Of a stretch of DNA of 24,416 nt, positions 9,601 through 21,600 are shown piece by piece. Every line of letters begins with the position of its first letter. Position 1 is the first letter of the stretch. The stretch is taken from positions 620,001-644,416 of the forward strand of contig RSEE01000036.1 in assembly GCA_003971905.1 (NCBI GenBank), in the 5' to 3' direction. The position numbers were made by a program, and so were the translations under genes. The stretch is from Moniliella sp. 'wahieum' (Eukaryota). The notes below the pieces were generated by a model. It had not been told where the DNA came from. It saw nothing but the letters and a program-made list of their open reading frames with translations, and did no database searches.

Positions 9601-12600
9601 CAGATCCAGGATCACCTTGTAGAATCTAGTACCTGTCATAGGAGGGACGTGGGTGACAGGCATCACCGGTCACCGTACATCGTTGAGTGAACATCACCCT
9701 TCAACCCCGACCCCTGGACTGAATCGAAGTACCTTGTGTGTAGAGCTGGGTCAGGAGAAGCGATAGCACCGGTCCGGATCTCGATCCGACCAATACTGAC
9801 CGAGTACCATCCGTGGAAAGTCTGACCGGTGACATCACCCTCTACTCGACCTGCAGGGCTCAAACCTCGACCTATTCCAGATCTGTTTCGTGCAGCCTCT
9901 AGTCCTGACCGAGGTCTAGAGGCTCTGGTAGTTTCATTCCGGTCGGACCAATATTGACGGACCGAGGTGGAGTTGAACCTGGGGTACGACCTGATACTTA
10001 CAAGGGCATGCCCACCCCACCCATTCAGGGTTGAGACAACTTTTGACTGGCAGACCGGGGGAGTGAGTTTTTTGAATAGCCCCAGGCCGTAGCTTTCCAA
10101 CGATCCCACTCTCACTCCGATCTGACGCCTGGTCTTGCGTCGCGTGGGCACCCTAGCGTAGCCCTACCGATAGTACCCAGGGTGGATGTGACCATGCCAA
10201 CTTGGGGTCTCATCCGTTCCAGCCCCCACTTCCCACAGCAGTAGTCCCAGTCCAGGAGATGACCTGGGCTATTCAGATCCAGGATCACCTTGTAGAATCT
10301 AGTACCTGTCATAGGAGGGACGTGGGTGACAGGCATCACCGGTCACCGTACATCGTTGAGTGAACATCACCCTTCAACCCCGACCCCTGGACTGAATCGA
10401 AGTACCTTGGTGTGTAGAGCTGGGTCAGGAGAAGCGATAGCACCGGTCCGGATCTCGATCCGACCAATACTGACCGAGTACCATCCGTGGAAAGTCTGAC
10501 GGTGACATCACTCTCGACCTGCAGGGCTCAAACCCGACCTATTCCAGATCTGTTTCGTGAGCCTCTAGTCCTGACCGAGGTATGAGGCTCTGGGTAGTTT
10601 CATTACGGTCGGACCAATATTGACGGACCGAGGTGGAGTTGAACTGGGGTACGACCTGATACTTACAAGGGATGCCCACCCCACCCATTCAGGGTTGAGA
10701 CAACTTTTGACTGGCAGACCGGGGGAGTGAGTTTTTTTGAATAGCCCCAGGCCGTAGCTTTCCAACGATCCCACTCTCACTCCGATCTGACGCCTGGTCT
10801 TGCGTCGCGTGGGCACCCTAGCGTAGCCCTACCGATAGTACCCAGGGTGGATGTGACCATGCCAACTTGGGGTCTCATCCGTTCCAGCCCCCACTTCCCA
10901 CAGCAGTTAGTCCCAGTCCAGGAGATGACCTGGGGCTATTCAGATCCAGGATCACCTTGTAGAATCTAGTACCTGTCATAGGAGGGACGTGGGTGACAGG
11001 CATCACCGGTCACCGTACATCGTTGAGTGAACATCACCCTTCAAACCCCGACCCCTGGACTGAATCGAAGTACCTTGATGTGTAGAGCTGGGTCAGGAGA
11101 AGCGATAGCACCGGTCCGGATCTCGATCCGACCAATACTGACCGAGTACCATCCGTGGAAAGTCTGACCGGTGACATCACCCTCTACTCGACCTGCAGGG
11201 CTCAAACCTCGACCTATTCCAGATCTGTTTCGTGCAGCCTCTAGTCCTGACCGAGGTCTAGAGGCTCTGGTAGTTCATTCCGGTCGGACCAATATTGACG
11301 GACCGAGGTGGAGTTGAACCTGGGGTACGACCTGATACTTACAAGGGCATGCCCACCCCACCCATTCAGGGTTGAGACAACTTTTGACTGGCAGACGGGG
11401 GAGTGAGTTTTTTTGAATAGCCCCAGGCCGTAGCTTTCCAACGATCCCACTCTCACTCCGATCTGACGCCTGGTCTTGCGTCGCGTGGGCACCCTAGCGT
11501 AGCCCTACCGATAGTACCCAGGGTGGATGTGACCATGCCAACTTGGGGTCTCATCCGTTCCAGCCCCCACTTCCCACAGCAGTAGTCCCAGTCCAGGAGA
11601 TGACCTGGGGCTATTCAGATCCAGGATCACCTTGTAGAATCTAGTACCTGTCATAGGAGGGACGTGGGTGACAGGCATCACCGGTCACCGTACATCGTTG
11701 AGTGAACATCACCCTTCAACCCCGACCCCTGGACTGAATCGAAGTACCTTGGTGTGTAGAGCTGGGTCAGGAGAAGCGATAGCACCGGTCCGGATCTCGA
11801 TCCGACCAATACTGACCGAGTACCATCCGTGGAAAGTCTGACCGGTGACATCCCTCTACTCGACCTGCAGGGCTCAAACCTCGACCTATTCCAGATCTGT
11901 TTCGTGCAGCCTCTAGTCCTGACCGAGGTCTAGAGGCTCTGGTAGTTTCATTCCGGTCGGACCAATATTGACGGACCGAGGTGGAGTTGAACCTGGGGTA
12001 CGACCTGATACAAGGGCATGCCCACCCCACCCATTCAGGGTTGAGACAACTTTTGACTGGCAGACCGGGGGAGTGAGTTTTTTGAATAGCCCCAGGCCGT
12101 AGCTTTCCAACGATCCCACTCTCACTCCGATCTGACGCCTGGTCTTGCGTCGCGTGGGCACCCTAGCGTAGCCCTACCGATAGTACCCAGGGTGGATGTG
12201 ACCATGCCAACTTGGGGTCTCATCCGTTCCAGCCCCCACTTCCCACAGCAGTAGTCCCAGTCCAGGAGATGACCTGGGGCTATTCAGATCCAGGATCACC
12301 TTGTAGAATCTAGTACCTGTCATAGGAGGGACGTGGGTGACAGGCATCACCGGTCACCGTACATCGTTGAGTGAACATCACCCTTCAACCCCGACCCTGG
12401 ACTGATCGAAAAGTACCTTGGTGTGTAGAGCTGGGTCAGGAGAAGCGATAGCACCGGTCCGGATCTCGATCCGACCAATACTGACCGAGTACCATCCGTG
12501 GAAAGTCTGACCGGTGACATCACCCTCTACTCGACCTGCAGGGCTCAAACCTCGACCTATTCCAGATCTGTTTCGTGCAGCCTCTAGTCCTGACCGAGGT

Positions 12601-15600
12601 CTAGAGGCTCTGGTAGTTTCATTCCGGTCGGACCAATATTGACGGACCGAGGTGGAGTTGAACCTGGGGTACGACCTGATACTTACAAGGGCATGCCCAC
12701 CCCACCCATTCAGGGTTGAGACAACTTTTGACTGGCAGACCGGGGGAGTGAGTTTTTTTGAATAGCCCCAGGCCGTAGCTTTCCAACGATCCCACTCTCA
12801 CTCCGATCTGACGCCTGGTCTTGCGTCGCGTGGGCACCCTAGCGTAGCCCTACCGATAGTACCCAGGGTGGATGTGACCATGCCAACTTGGGGTCTCATC
12901 CGTTCCAGCCCCCACTTCCCACAGCAGTAGTCCCAGTCCAGGAGATGACCTGGGGCTATTCAGATCCAGGATCACCTTGTAGAATCTAGTACCTGTCATA
13001 GGAGGGACGTGGGTGACAGGCATCACCGGTCACCGTACATCGTTGAGTGAACATCACCCTTCAACCCCGACCCCTGGACTGAATCGAAGTACCTTGGTGT
13101 GTAGAGCTGGGTCAGGAGAAGCGATAGCACCGGTCCGGATCTCGATCCGACCAATACTGACCGAGTACCATCCGTGGAAAGTCTGACCGGTGACATCACC
13201 CTCTACTCGACCTGCAGGGCTCAAACCTCGACCTATTCCAGATCTGTTTCGTGCAGCCTCTAGTCCTGACCGAGGTCTAGAGGCTCTGGTAGTTTCATTC
13301 CGGTCGGACCAATATTGACGGACCGAGGTGGAGTTGAACCTGGGGTACGACCTGATACTTACAAGGGCATGCCCACCCCACCCATTCAGGGTTGAGACAA
13401 CTTTTGACTGGCAGACCGGGGGAGTGAGTTTTTTGAATAGCCCCAGGCCGTAGCTTTCCAACGATCCCACTCTCACTCCGATCTGACGCCTGGTCTGTCG
13501 CGTGGGCACCCTAGCGTAGCCCTACCGATAGTACCCAGGGTGGATGTGACCATGCCAACTTGGGGTCTCATCCGTTCCAGCCCCCACTTCCCACAGCAGT
13601 AGTCCCAGTCCAGGAGATGACCTGGGGCTATTCAGATCCAGGATCACCTTGTAGAATCTAGTACCTGTCATAGGAGGGACGGGGTGACAGGCATCACCGG
13701 TCACCGTACATCGTTGAGTGAACATCACCCTTCAACCCCGACCCCTGGACTGAATCGAAGTACCTTGGTGTGTAGAGCTGGGTCAGGAGAAGCGATAGCA
13801 CCGGTCCGGATCTCGATCCGACCAATACTGACCGAGTACCATCCGTGGAAAGTCTGACCGGTGACATCACCCTCTACTCGACCTGCAGGGCTCAAACCTC
13901 GACCTATTCCAGATCTGTTTCGTGCAGCCTCTAGTCCTGACCGAGGTCTAGAGGCTCTGGTAGTTTCATTCCGGTCGGACCAATATTGACGGACCGAGGT
14001 GGAGTTGAACCTGGGGTACGACCTGATACTTACAAGGGCATGCCCACCCCACCCATTCAGGGTTGAGACAAACTTTTGACTGGCAGACCGGGGGAGTGAG
14101 TTTTTTTGAATAGCCCCAGGCCGTAGCTTTCCAACGATCCCACTCTCACTCCGATCTGACGCCTGGTCTTGCGTCGCGTGGGCACCCTAGCGTAGCCTAC
14201 GATAGTACCCAGGGTGGATGTGACCATGCCAACTTGGGGTCTCATCCGTTCCAGCCCCCACTTCCCACAGCAGTAGTCCCAGTCCAGGAGATGACCTGGG
14301 GCTATTCAGATCCAGGATCACCTTGTAGAATCTAGTACCTGTCATAGGAGGGACGTGGGTGACAGGCATCACCGGTCACCGTACATCGTTGAGTGAACAT
14401 CACCCTTCAACCCCGACCCCTGGACTGAATCGAAGTACTTGGTGTGTAGAGCTGGGTCAGGAGAAGCGATAGCACCGGTCCGGATCTCGATCCGACCAAT
14501 ACTGACCGAGTACCATCCGTGGAAAGTCTGACCGGTGACATCACCCTCTACTCGACCTGCAGGGCTCAAACCTCGACCTATTCCAGATCTGTTTCGTGCA
14601 GCCTCTAGTCCTGACCGAGGTCTAGAGGCTCTGGTAGTTTCATTCCGGTCGGACCAATATTGACGGACCGAGGTGGAGTTGAACCTGGGGTACGACCTGA
14701 TACTTACAAGGGCATGCCCACCCCACCCATTCAGGGTTGAGACAACTTTTGACTGGCAGACCGGGGGAGTGAGTTTTTTTGAATAGCCCCAGGCCGTAGC
14801 TTTCCAACGATCCCACTCTCACTCCGATCTGACGCCTGGTCTTGCGTCGCGTGGGCACCCTAGCGTAGCCTACCGATAGTACCCAGGGTGGATGTGACCA
14901 TGCCAACTTGGGGTCTCATCCGTTCCAGCCCCCACTTCCCACAGCAGTCCCAGTCCAGGAGATGACCTGGGGCTATTCAGATCCAGGATCACCTTGTAGA
15001 ATCTAGTACCTGTCATAGGAGGGACGTGGGTGACAGGCATCACCGGTCACCGTACATCGTTGAGTGAACATCACCCTTCAACCCCGACCCCTGGACTGAA
15101 TCGAAGTACCTTGGTGTGTAGAGCTGGGTCAGGAGAAGCGATAGCACCGGTCCGGATCTCGATCCGACCAATACTGACCGAGTACCATCCGTGGAAAGTC
15201 TGACCGGTGACATCACCCTCTACTCGACCTGCAGGGCTCAAACCTCGACCTATTCCAGATCTGTTTCGTGCAGCCTCTAGTCTGACCGAGGTCTAGAGGC
15301 TCTGGTAGTTCATTCCGGTCGGACCAATATTGACGGACCGAGGTGGAGTGAACCTGGGGTACGACCTGATACTTACAAGGGCATGCCCACCCCACCCATT
15401 CAGGGTTGAACAACTTTGACTGGCAGACCGGGGGAGTGAGTTTTTTGAATAGCCCCAGGCCGTAGCTTTCAACGATCCCATCTCACTCCGATCTGACGCC
15501 TGGCTTGCGTCGCGTGGGCACCCTAGCGTAGCCCTAGAGAGTAGCCCAGGGTGGATGTGACCATGCCAAGTGGGGTCTCATCCGTTCCAGCCCCCACTTC

Positions 15601-18141
15601 CCACAGCAGTAGTCCCAGTCCAGGAGATGACCTGGGGCTATTCAGATCCAGGATCACCTTGTAGAATCTAGTACCTGTCATAGGAGGGACGTGGGTGACA
15701 GGCATCACCGGTCACCGTACATCGTTGAGTGAACATCACCCTTCAACCCCGACCCCTGGACTGAATCGAAGTACCTTGGTGTGTAGAGCTGGGTCAGGAG
15801 AAGCGATAGCACCGGTCCGGATCTCGATCCGACCAATACTGACCGAGTACCATCCGTGGAAAGTCTGACCGGTGACATCACCCTCTACTCGACCTGCAGG
15901 GCTCAAACCTCGACCTATTCCAGATCTGTTTCGTGCAGCCTCTAGTCCTGACCGAGGTCTAGAGGCTCTGGTAGTTTCATTCCGGTCGGACCAATATTGA
16001 CGGACCGAGGTGGAGTTGAACCTGGGGTACGACCTGATACTTACAAGGGCATGCCCACCCCACCCATTCAGGGTTGAGACAACTTTTGACTGGCAGACCG
16101 GGGGAGTGAGTTTTTTTGAATAGCCCCAGGCCGTAGCTTTCCAACGATCCCACTCTCACTCCGATCTGACGCCTGGTCTTGCGTCGCGTGGGCACCCTAG
16201 CGTAGCCCTACCGATAGTACCCAGGGTGGATGTGACCATGCCAACTTGGGGTCTCATCCGTTCCAGCCCCCACTTCCCACAGCAGTAGTCCCAGTCCAGG
16301 AGATGACCTGGGGCTATTCAGATCCAGGATCACCTTGTAGAATCTAGTACCTGTCATAGGAGGGACGTGGGTGACAGGCATCACCGGTCACCGTACATCG
16401 TTGAGTGAACATCACCCTTCAACCCCGACCCCTGGACTGAATCGAAGTACCTTGGTGTGTAGAGCTGGGTCAGGAGCGATAGCACCGGTCCGGATCTCGA
16501 TCCGACCAATACTGACCGAGTACCATCCGTGGAAAGTCTGACCGGTGACATCACCCTCTACTCGACCTGCAGGGCTCAAACCTCGACCTATTCCAGATCT
16601 GTTTCGTGCAGCCTCTAGTCCTGACCGAGGTCTAGAGGCTCTGGTAGTTTCATTCCGGTCGGACCAATATTGACGGACCGAGGTGGAGTTGAACCTGGGG
16701 TACGACCTGATACTTACAAGGGCATGCCCACCCCACCCATTCAGGGTTGAGACAACTTTTGACTGGCAGACCGGGGGAGTGAGTTTTTTTGAATAGCCCC
16801 AGGCCGTAGCTTTCCAACGATCCCACTCTCACTCCGATCTGACGCCTGGTCTTGCGTCGCGTGGGCACCCTAGCGTAGCCCTACCGATAGTACCCAGGGT
16901 GGATGTGACCATGCCAACTTGGGGTCTCATCCGTTCCAGCCCCCACTTCCCACAGCAGTAGTCCCAGTCCAGGAGATGACCTGGGGCTATTCAGATCCAG
17001 GATCACCTTGTAGAATCTAGTACCTGTCATAGGAGGGACGTGGGTGACAGGCATCACCGGTCACCGTACATCGTTGAGTGAACATCACCCTTCAACCCCG
17101 ACCCCTGGACTGAATCGAAGTACCTTGGTGTGTAGAGCTGGGTCAGGAGAAGCGATAGCACCGGTCCGGATCTCGATCCGACCAATACTGACCGAGTACC
17201 ATCCGTGGAAAGTCTGACCGGTGACATCACCCTCTACTCGACCTGCAGGGCTCAAACCTCGACCTATTCCAGATCTGTTTCGTGCAGCCTCTAGTCCTGA
17301 CCGAGGTCTAGAGGCTCTGGTAGTTTCATTCCGGTCGGACCAATATTGACGGACCGAGGTGGAGTTGAACCTGGGGTACGACCTGATACTTACAAGGGCA
17401 TGCCCACCCCACCCATTCAGGGTTGAGACAACTTTTGACTGGCAGACCGGGGGAGTGAGTTTTTTTGAATAGCCCCAGGCCGTAGCTTTCCAACGATCCC
17501 ACTCTCACTCCGATCTGACGCCTGGTCTTGCGTCGCGTGGGCACCCTAGCGTAGCCCTACCGATAGTACCCAGGGTGGATGTGACCATGCCAACTTGGGG
17601 TCTCATCCGTTCCAGCCCCCACTTCCCACAGCAGTAGTCCCAGTCCAGGAGATGACCTGGGGCTATTCAGATCCAGGATCACCTTGTAGAATCTAGTACC
17701 TGTCATAGGAGGGACGTGGGTGACAGGCATCACCGGTCACCGTACATCGTTGAGTGAACATCACCCTTCAACCCCGACCCCTGGACTGAATCGAAGTACC
17801 TTGGTGTGTAGAGCTGGGTCAGGAGAAGCGATAGCACCGGTCCGGATCTCGATCCGACCAATACTGACCGAGTACCATCCGTGGAAAGTCTGACCGGTGA
17901 CATCACCCTCTACTCGACCTGCAGGGCTCAAACCTCGACCTATTCCAGATCTGTTTCGTGCAGCCTCTAGTCCTGACCGAGGTCTAGAGGCTCTGGTAGT
18001 TTCATTCCGGTCGGACCAATATTGACGGACCGAGGTGGAGTTGAACCTGGGGTACGACCTGATACTTACAAGGGCATGCCCACCCCACCCATTCAGGGTT
18101 GAGACAACTTTTGACTGGCAGACCGGGGGAGTGAGTTTTTT

Positions 18142-18345
18142 TGAATAGCCCCAGGCCGTAGCTTTCCAACGATCCCACTCTCACTCCGATCTGACGCCTG
18201 GTCTTGCGTCGCGTGGGCACCCTAGCGTAGCCCTACCGATAGTACCCAGGGTGGATGTGACCATGCCAACTTGGGGTCTCATCCGTTCCAGCCCCCACTT
18301 CCCACAGCAGTAGTCCCAGTCCAGGAGATGACCTGGGGCTATTCA
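18142..18345. repeat. Perfect 14-bp inverted repeat delimiting a 204-bp sub-element in each monomer (coordinates for one representative copy)
   Basis: TGAATAGCCCCAGG (18142-18155) and CCTGGGGCTATTCA (18332-18345). Confidence 0.95.
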
Positions 18346-18637
18346 GATCCAGGATCACCTTGTAGAATCTAGTACCTGTCATAGGAGGGACGTGGGTGAC
18401 AGGCATCACCGGTCACCGTACATCGTTGAGTGAACATCACCCTTCAACCCCGACCCCTGGACTGAATCGAAGTACCTTGGTGTGTAGAGCTGGGTCAGGA
18501 GAAGCGATAGCACCGGTCCGGATCTCGATCCGACCAATACTGACCGAGTACCATCCGTGGAAAGTCTGACCGGTGACATCACCCTCTACTCGACCTGCAG
18601 GGCTCAAACCTCGACCTATTCCAGATCTGTTTCGTGC

Positions 18638-18668
18638 AGCCTCTAGTCCTGACCGAGGTCTAGAGGCT
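18638..18668. repeat. Hairpin in each monomer: 13-bp stem with one mismatch, 5-nt loop (representative copy)
   Basis: AGCCTCTAGTCCT-GACCG-AGGTCTAGAGGCT. Confidence 0.92.
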
Positions 18669-21600
18669 CTGGTAGTTTCATTCCGGTCGGACCAATATTG
18701 ACGGACCGAGGTGGAGTTGAACCTGGGGTACGACCTGATACTTACAAGGGCATGCCCACCCCACCCATTCAGGGTTGAGACAACTTTTGACTGGCAGACC
18801 GGGGGAGTGAGTTTTTTTGAATAGCCCCAGGCCGTAGCTTTCCAACGATCCCACTCTCACTCCGATCTGACGCCTGGTCTTGCGTCGCGTGGGCACCCTA
18901 GCGTAGCCCTACCGATAGTACCCAGGGTGGATGTGACCATGCCAACTTGGGGTCTCATCCGTTCCAGCCCCCACTTCCCACAGCAGTAGTCCCAGTCCAG
19001 GAGATGACCTGGGGCTATTCAGATCCAGGATCACCTTGTAGAATCTAGTACCTGTCATAGGAGGGACGTGGGTGACAGGCATCACCGGTCACCGTACATC
19101 GTTGAGTGAACATCACCCTTCAACCCCGACCCCTGGACTGAATCGAAGTACCTTGGTGTGTAGAGCTGGGTCAGGAGAAGCGATAGCACCGGTCCGGATC
19201 TCGATCCGACCAATACTGACCGAGTACCATCCGTGGAAAGTCTGACCGGTGACATCACCCTCTACTCGACCTGCAGGGCTCAAACCTCGACCTATTCCAG
19301 ATCTGTTTCGTGCAGCCTCTAGTCCTGACCGAGGTCTAGAGGCTCTGGTAGTTTCATTCCGGTCGGACCAATATTGACGGACCGAGGTGGAGTTGAACCT
19401 GGGGTACGACCTGATACTTACAAGGGCATGCCCACCCCACCCATTCAGGGTTGAGACAACTTTTGACTGGCAGACCGGGGGAGTGAGTTTTTTTGAATAG
19501 CCCCAGGCCGTAGCTTTCCAACGATCCCACTCTCACTCCGATCTGACGCCTGGTCTTGCGTCGCGTGGGCACCCTAGCGTAGCCCTACCGATAGTACCCA
19601 GGGTGGATGTGACCATGCCAACTTGGGGTCTCATCCGTTCCAGCCCCCACTTCCCACAGCAGTAGTCCCAGTCCAGGAGATGACCTGGGGCTATTCAGAT
19701 CCAGGATCACCTTGTAGAATCTAGTACCTGTCATAGGAGGGACGTGGGTGACAGGCATCACCGGTCACCGTACATCGTTGAGTGAACATCACCCTTCAAC
19801 CCCGACCCCTGGACTGAATCGAAGTACCTTGGTGTGTAGAGCTGGGTCAGGAGAAGCGATAGCACCGGTCCGGATCTCGATCCGACCAATACTGACCGAG
19901 TACCATCCGTGGAAAGTCTGACCGGTGACATCACCCTCTCGACCTGCAGGGCTCAAACCTCGACCTATTCCAGATCTGTTTCGTGCAGCCTCTAGTCCTG
20001 ACCGAGGTCTAGAGGCTCTGGTAGTTTCATTCCGGTCGGACCAATATTGACGGACCGAGGTGGAGTTGAACCTGGGGTACGACCTGATACTTACAAGGGC
20101 ATGCCCACCCCACCCATTCAGGGTTGAGACAACTTTTGACTGGCAGACCGGGGGAGTGAGTTTTTTTGAATAGCCCCAGGCCGTAGCTTTCCAACGATCC
20201 CACTCTCACTCCGATCTGACGCCTGGTCTTGCGTCGCGTGGGCACCCTAGCGTAGCCCTACCGATAGTACCCAGGGTGGATGTGACCATGCCAACTTGGG
20301 GTCTCATCCGTTCCAGCCCCCACTTCCCACAGCAGTAGTCCCAGTCCAAGATGACCTGGGGCTATTCAGATCCAGGATCACCTTGTAGAATCTAGTACCT
20401 GTCATAGGAGGGACGTGGGTGACAGGCATCACCGGTCACCGTACATCGTTGAGTGAACATCACCCTTCAACCCCGACCCCTGGACTGAATCGAAGTACCT
20501 TGGTGTGTAGAGCTGGGTCAGGAGAAGCGATAGCACCGGTCCGGATCTCGATCCGACCAATACTGACCGAGTACCATCCGTGGAAAGTCTGACCGGTGAC
20601 ATCACCCTCTACTCGACCTGCAGGGCTCAAACCTCGACCTATTCCAGATCTGTTTCGTGCAGCCTCTAGTCCTGACCGAGGTCTAGAGGCTCTGGTAGTT
20701 TCATTCCGGTCGGACCAATATTGACGGACCGAGGTGGAGTTGAACCTGGGGTACGACCTGATACTTACAAGGGCATGCCCACCCCACCCATTCAGGGTTG
20801 AGACAACTTTTGACTGGCAGACCGGGGGAGTGAGTTTTTTTGAATAGCCCCAGGCCGTAGCTTTCCAACGATCCCACTCTCACTCCGATCTGACGCCTGG
20901 TCTTGCGTCGCGTGGGCACCCTAGCGTAGCCCTACCGATAGTACCCAGGGTGGATGTGACCATGCCAACTTGGGGTCTCATCCGTTCCAGCCCCCACTTC
21001 CCACAGCAGTAGTCCCAGTCCAGGAGATGACCTGGGGCTATTCAGATCCAGGATCACCTTGTAGAATCTAGTACCTGTCATAGGAGGGACGTGGGTGACA
21101 GGCATCACCGGTCACCGTACATCGTTGAGTGAACATCACCCTTCAACCCCGACCCCTGGACTGAATCGAAGTACCTTGGTGTGTGAGCTGGGTCAGGAGA
21201 AGCGATAGCACCGGTCCGGATCTCGATCCGACCAATACTGACCGAGTACCATCCGTGGAAAGTCTGACCGGTGACATCACCCTCTACTCGACCTGCAGGG
21301 CTCAAACCTCGACCTATTCCAGATCTGTTTCGTGCAGCCTCTAGTCCTGACCGAGGTCTAGAGGCTCTGGTAGTTTCATTCCGGTCGGACCAATATTGAC
21401 GGACCGAGGTGGAGTTGAACCTGGGGTACGACCTGATACTTACAAGGGCATGCCCACCCCACCCATTCAGGGTTGAGACAACTTTTGACTGGCAGACCGG
21501 GGGAGTGAGTTTTTTTGAATAGCCCCAGGCCGTAGCTTTCCAACGATCCCACTCTCACTCCGATCTGACGCCTGGTCTTGCGTCGCGTGGGCACCCTAGC

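Noticed and set aside
18079..18090. G-quadruplex or telomeric repeat on the minus strand (GGGTGGGGTGGG)
   Set aside because: Only three closely spaced G runs per cluster, and no TTAGGG-type tandem repeats.
18135..18143. Minus-strand A-AAA-AAC slippery heptamer leading into a ~130-codon open frame
   Set aside because: The zero frame has no ATG between the upstream stop and the heptamer, and the downstream peptide resembles nothing I recognise.
18064..18739. Canonical hammerhead or hairpin ribozyme
   Set aside because: No CTGANGA core on either strand. GGTCAG-GAGAA with AGTC-CTGACC resembles hairpin-ribozyme loop A, but the register and helix 2 do not fit and loop B motifs are absent.
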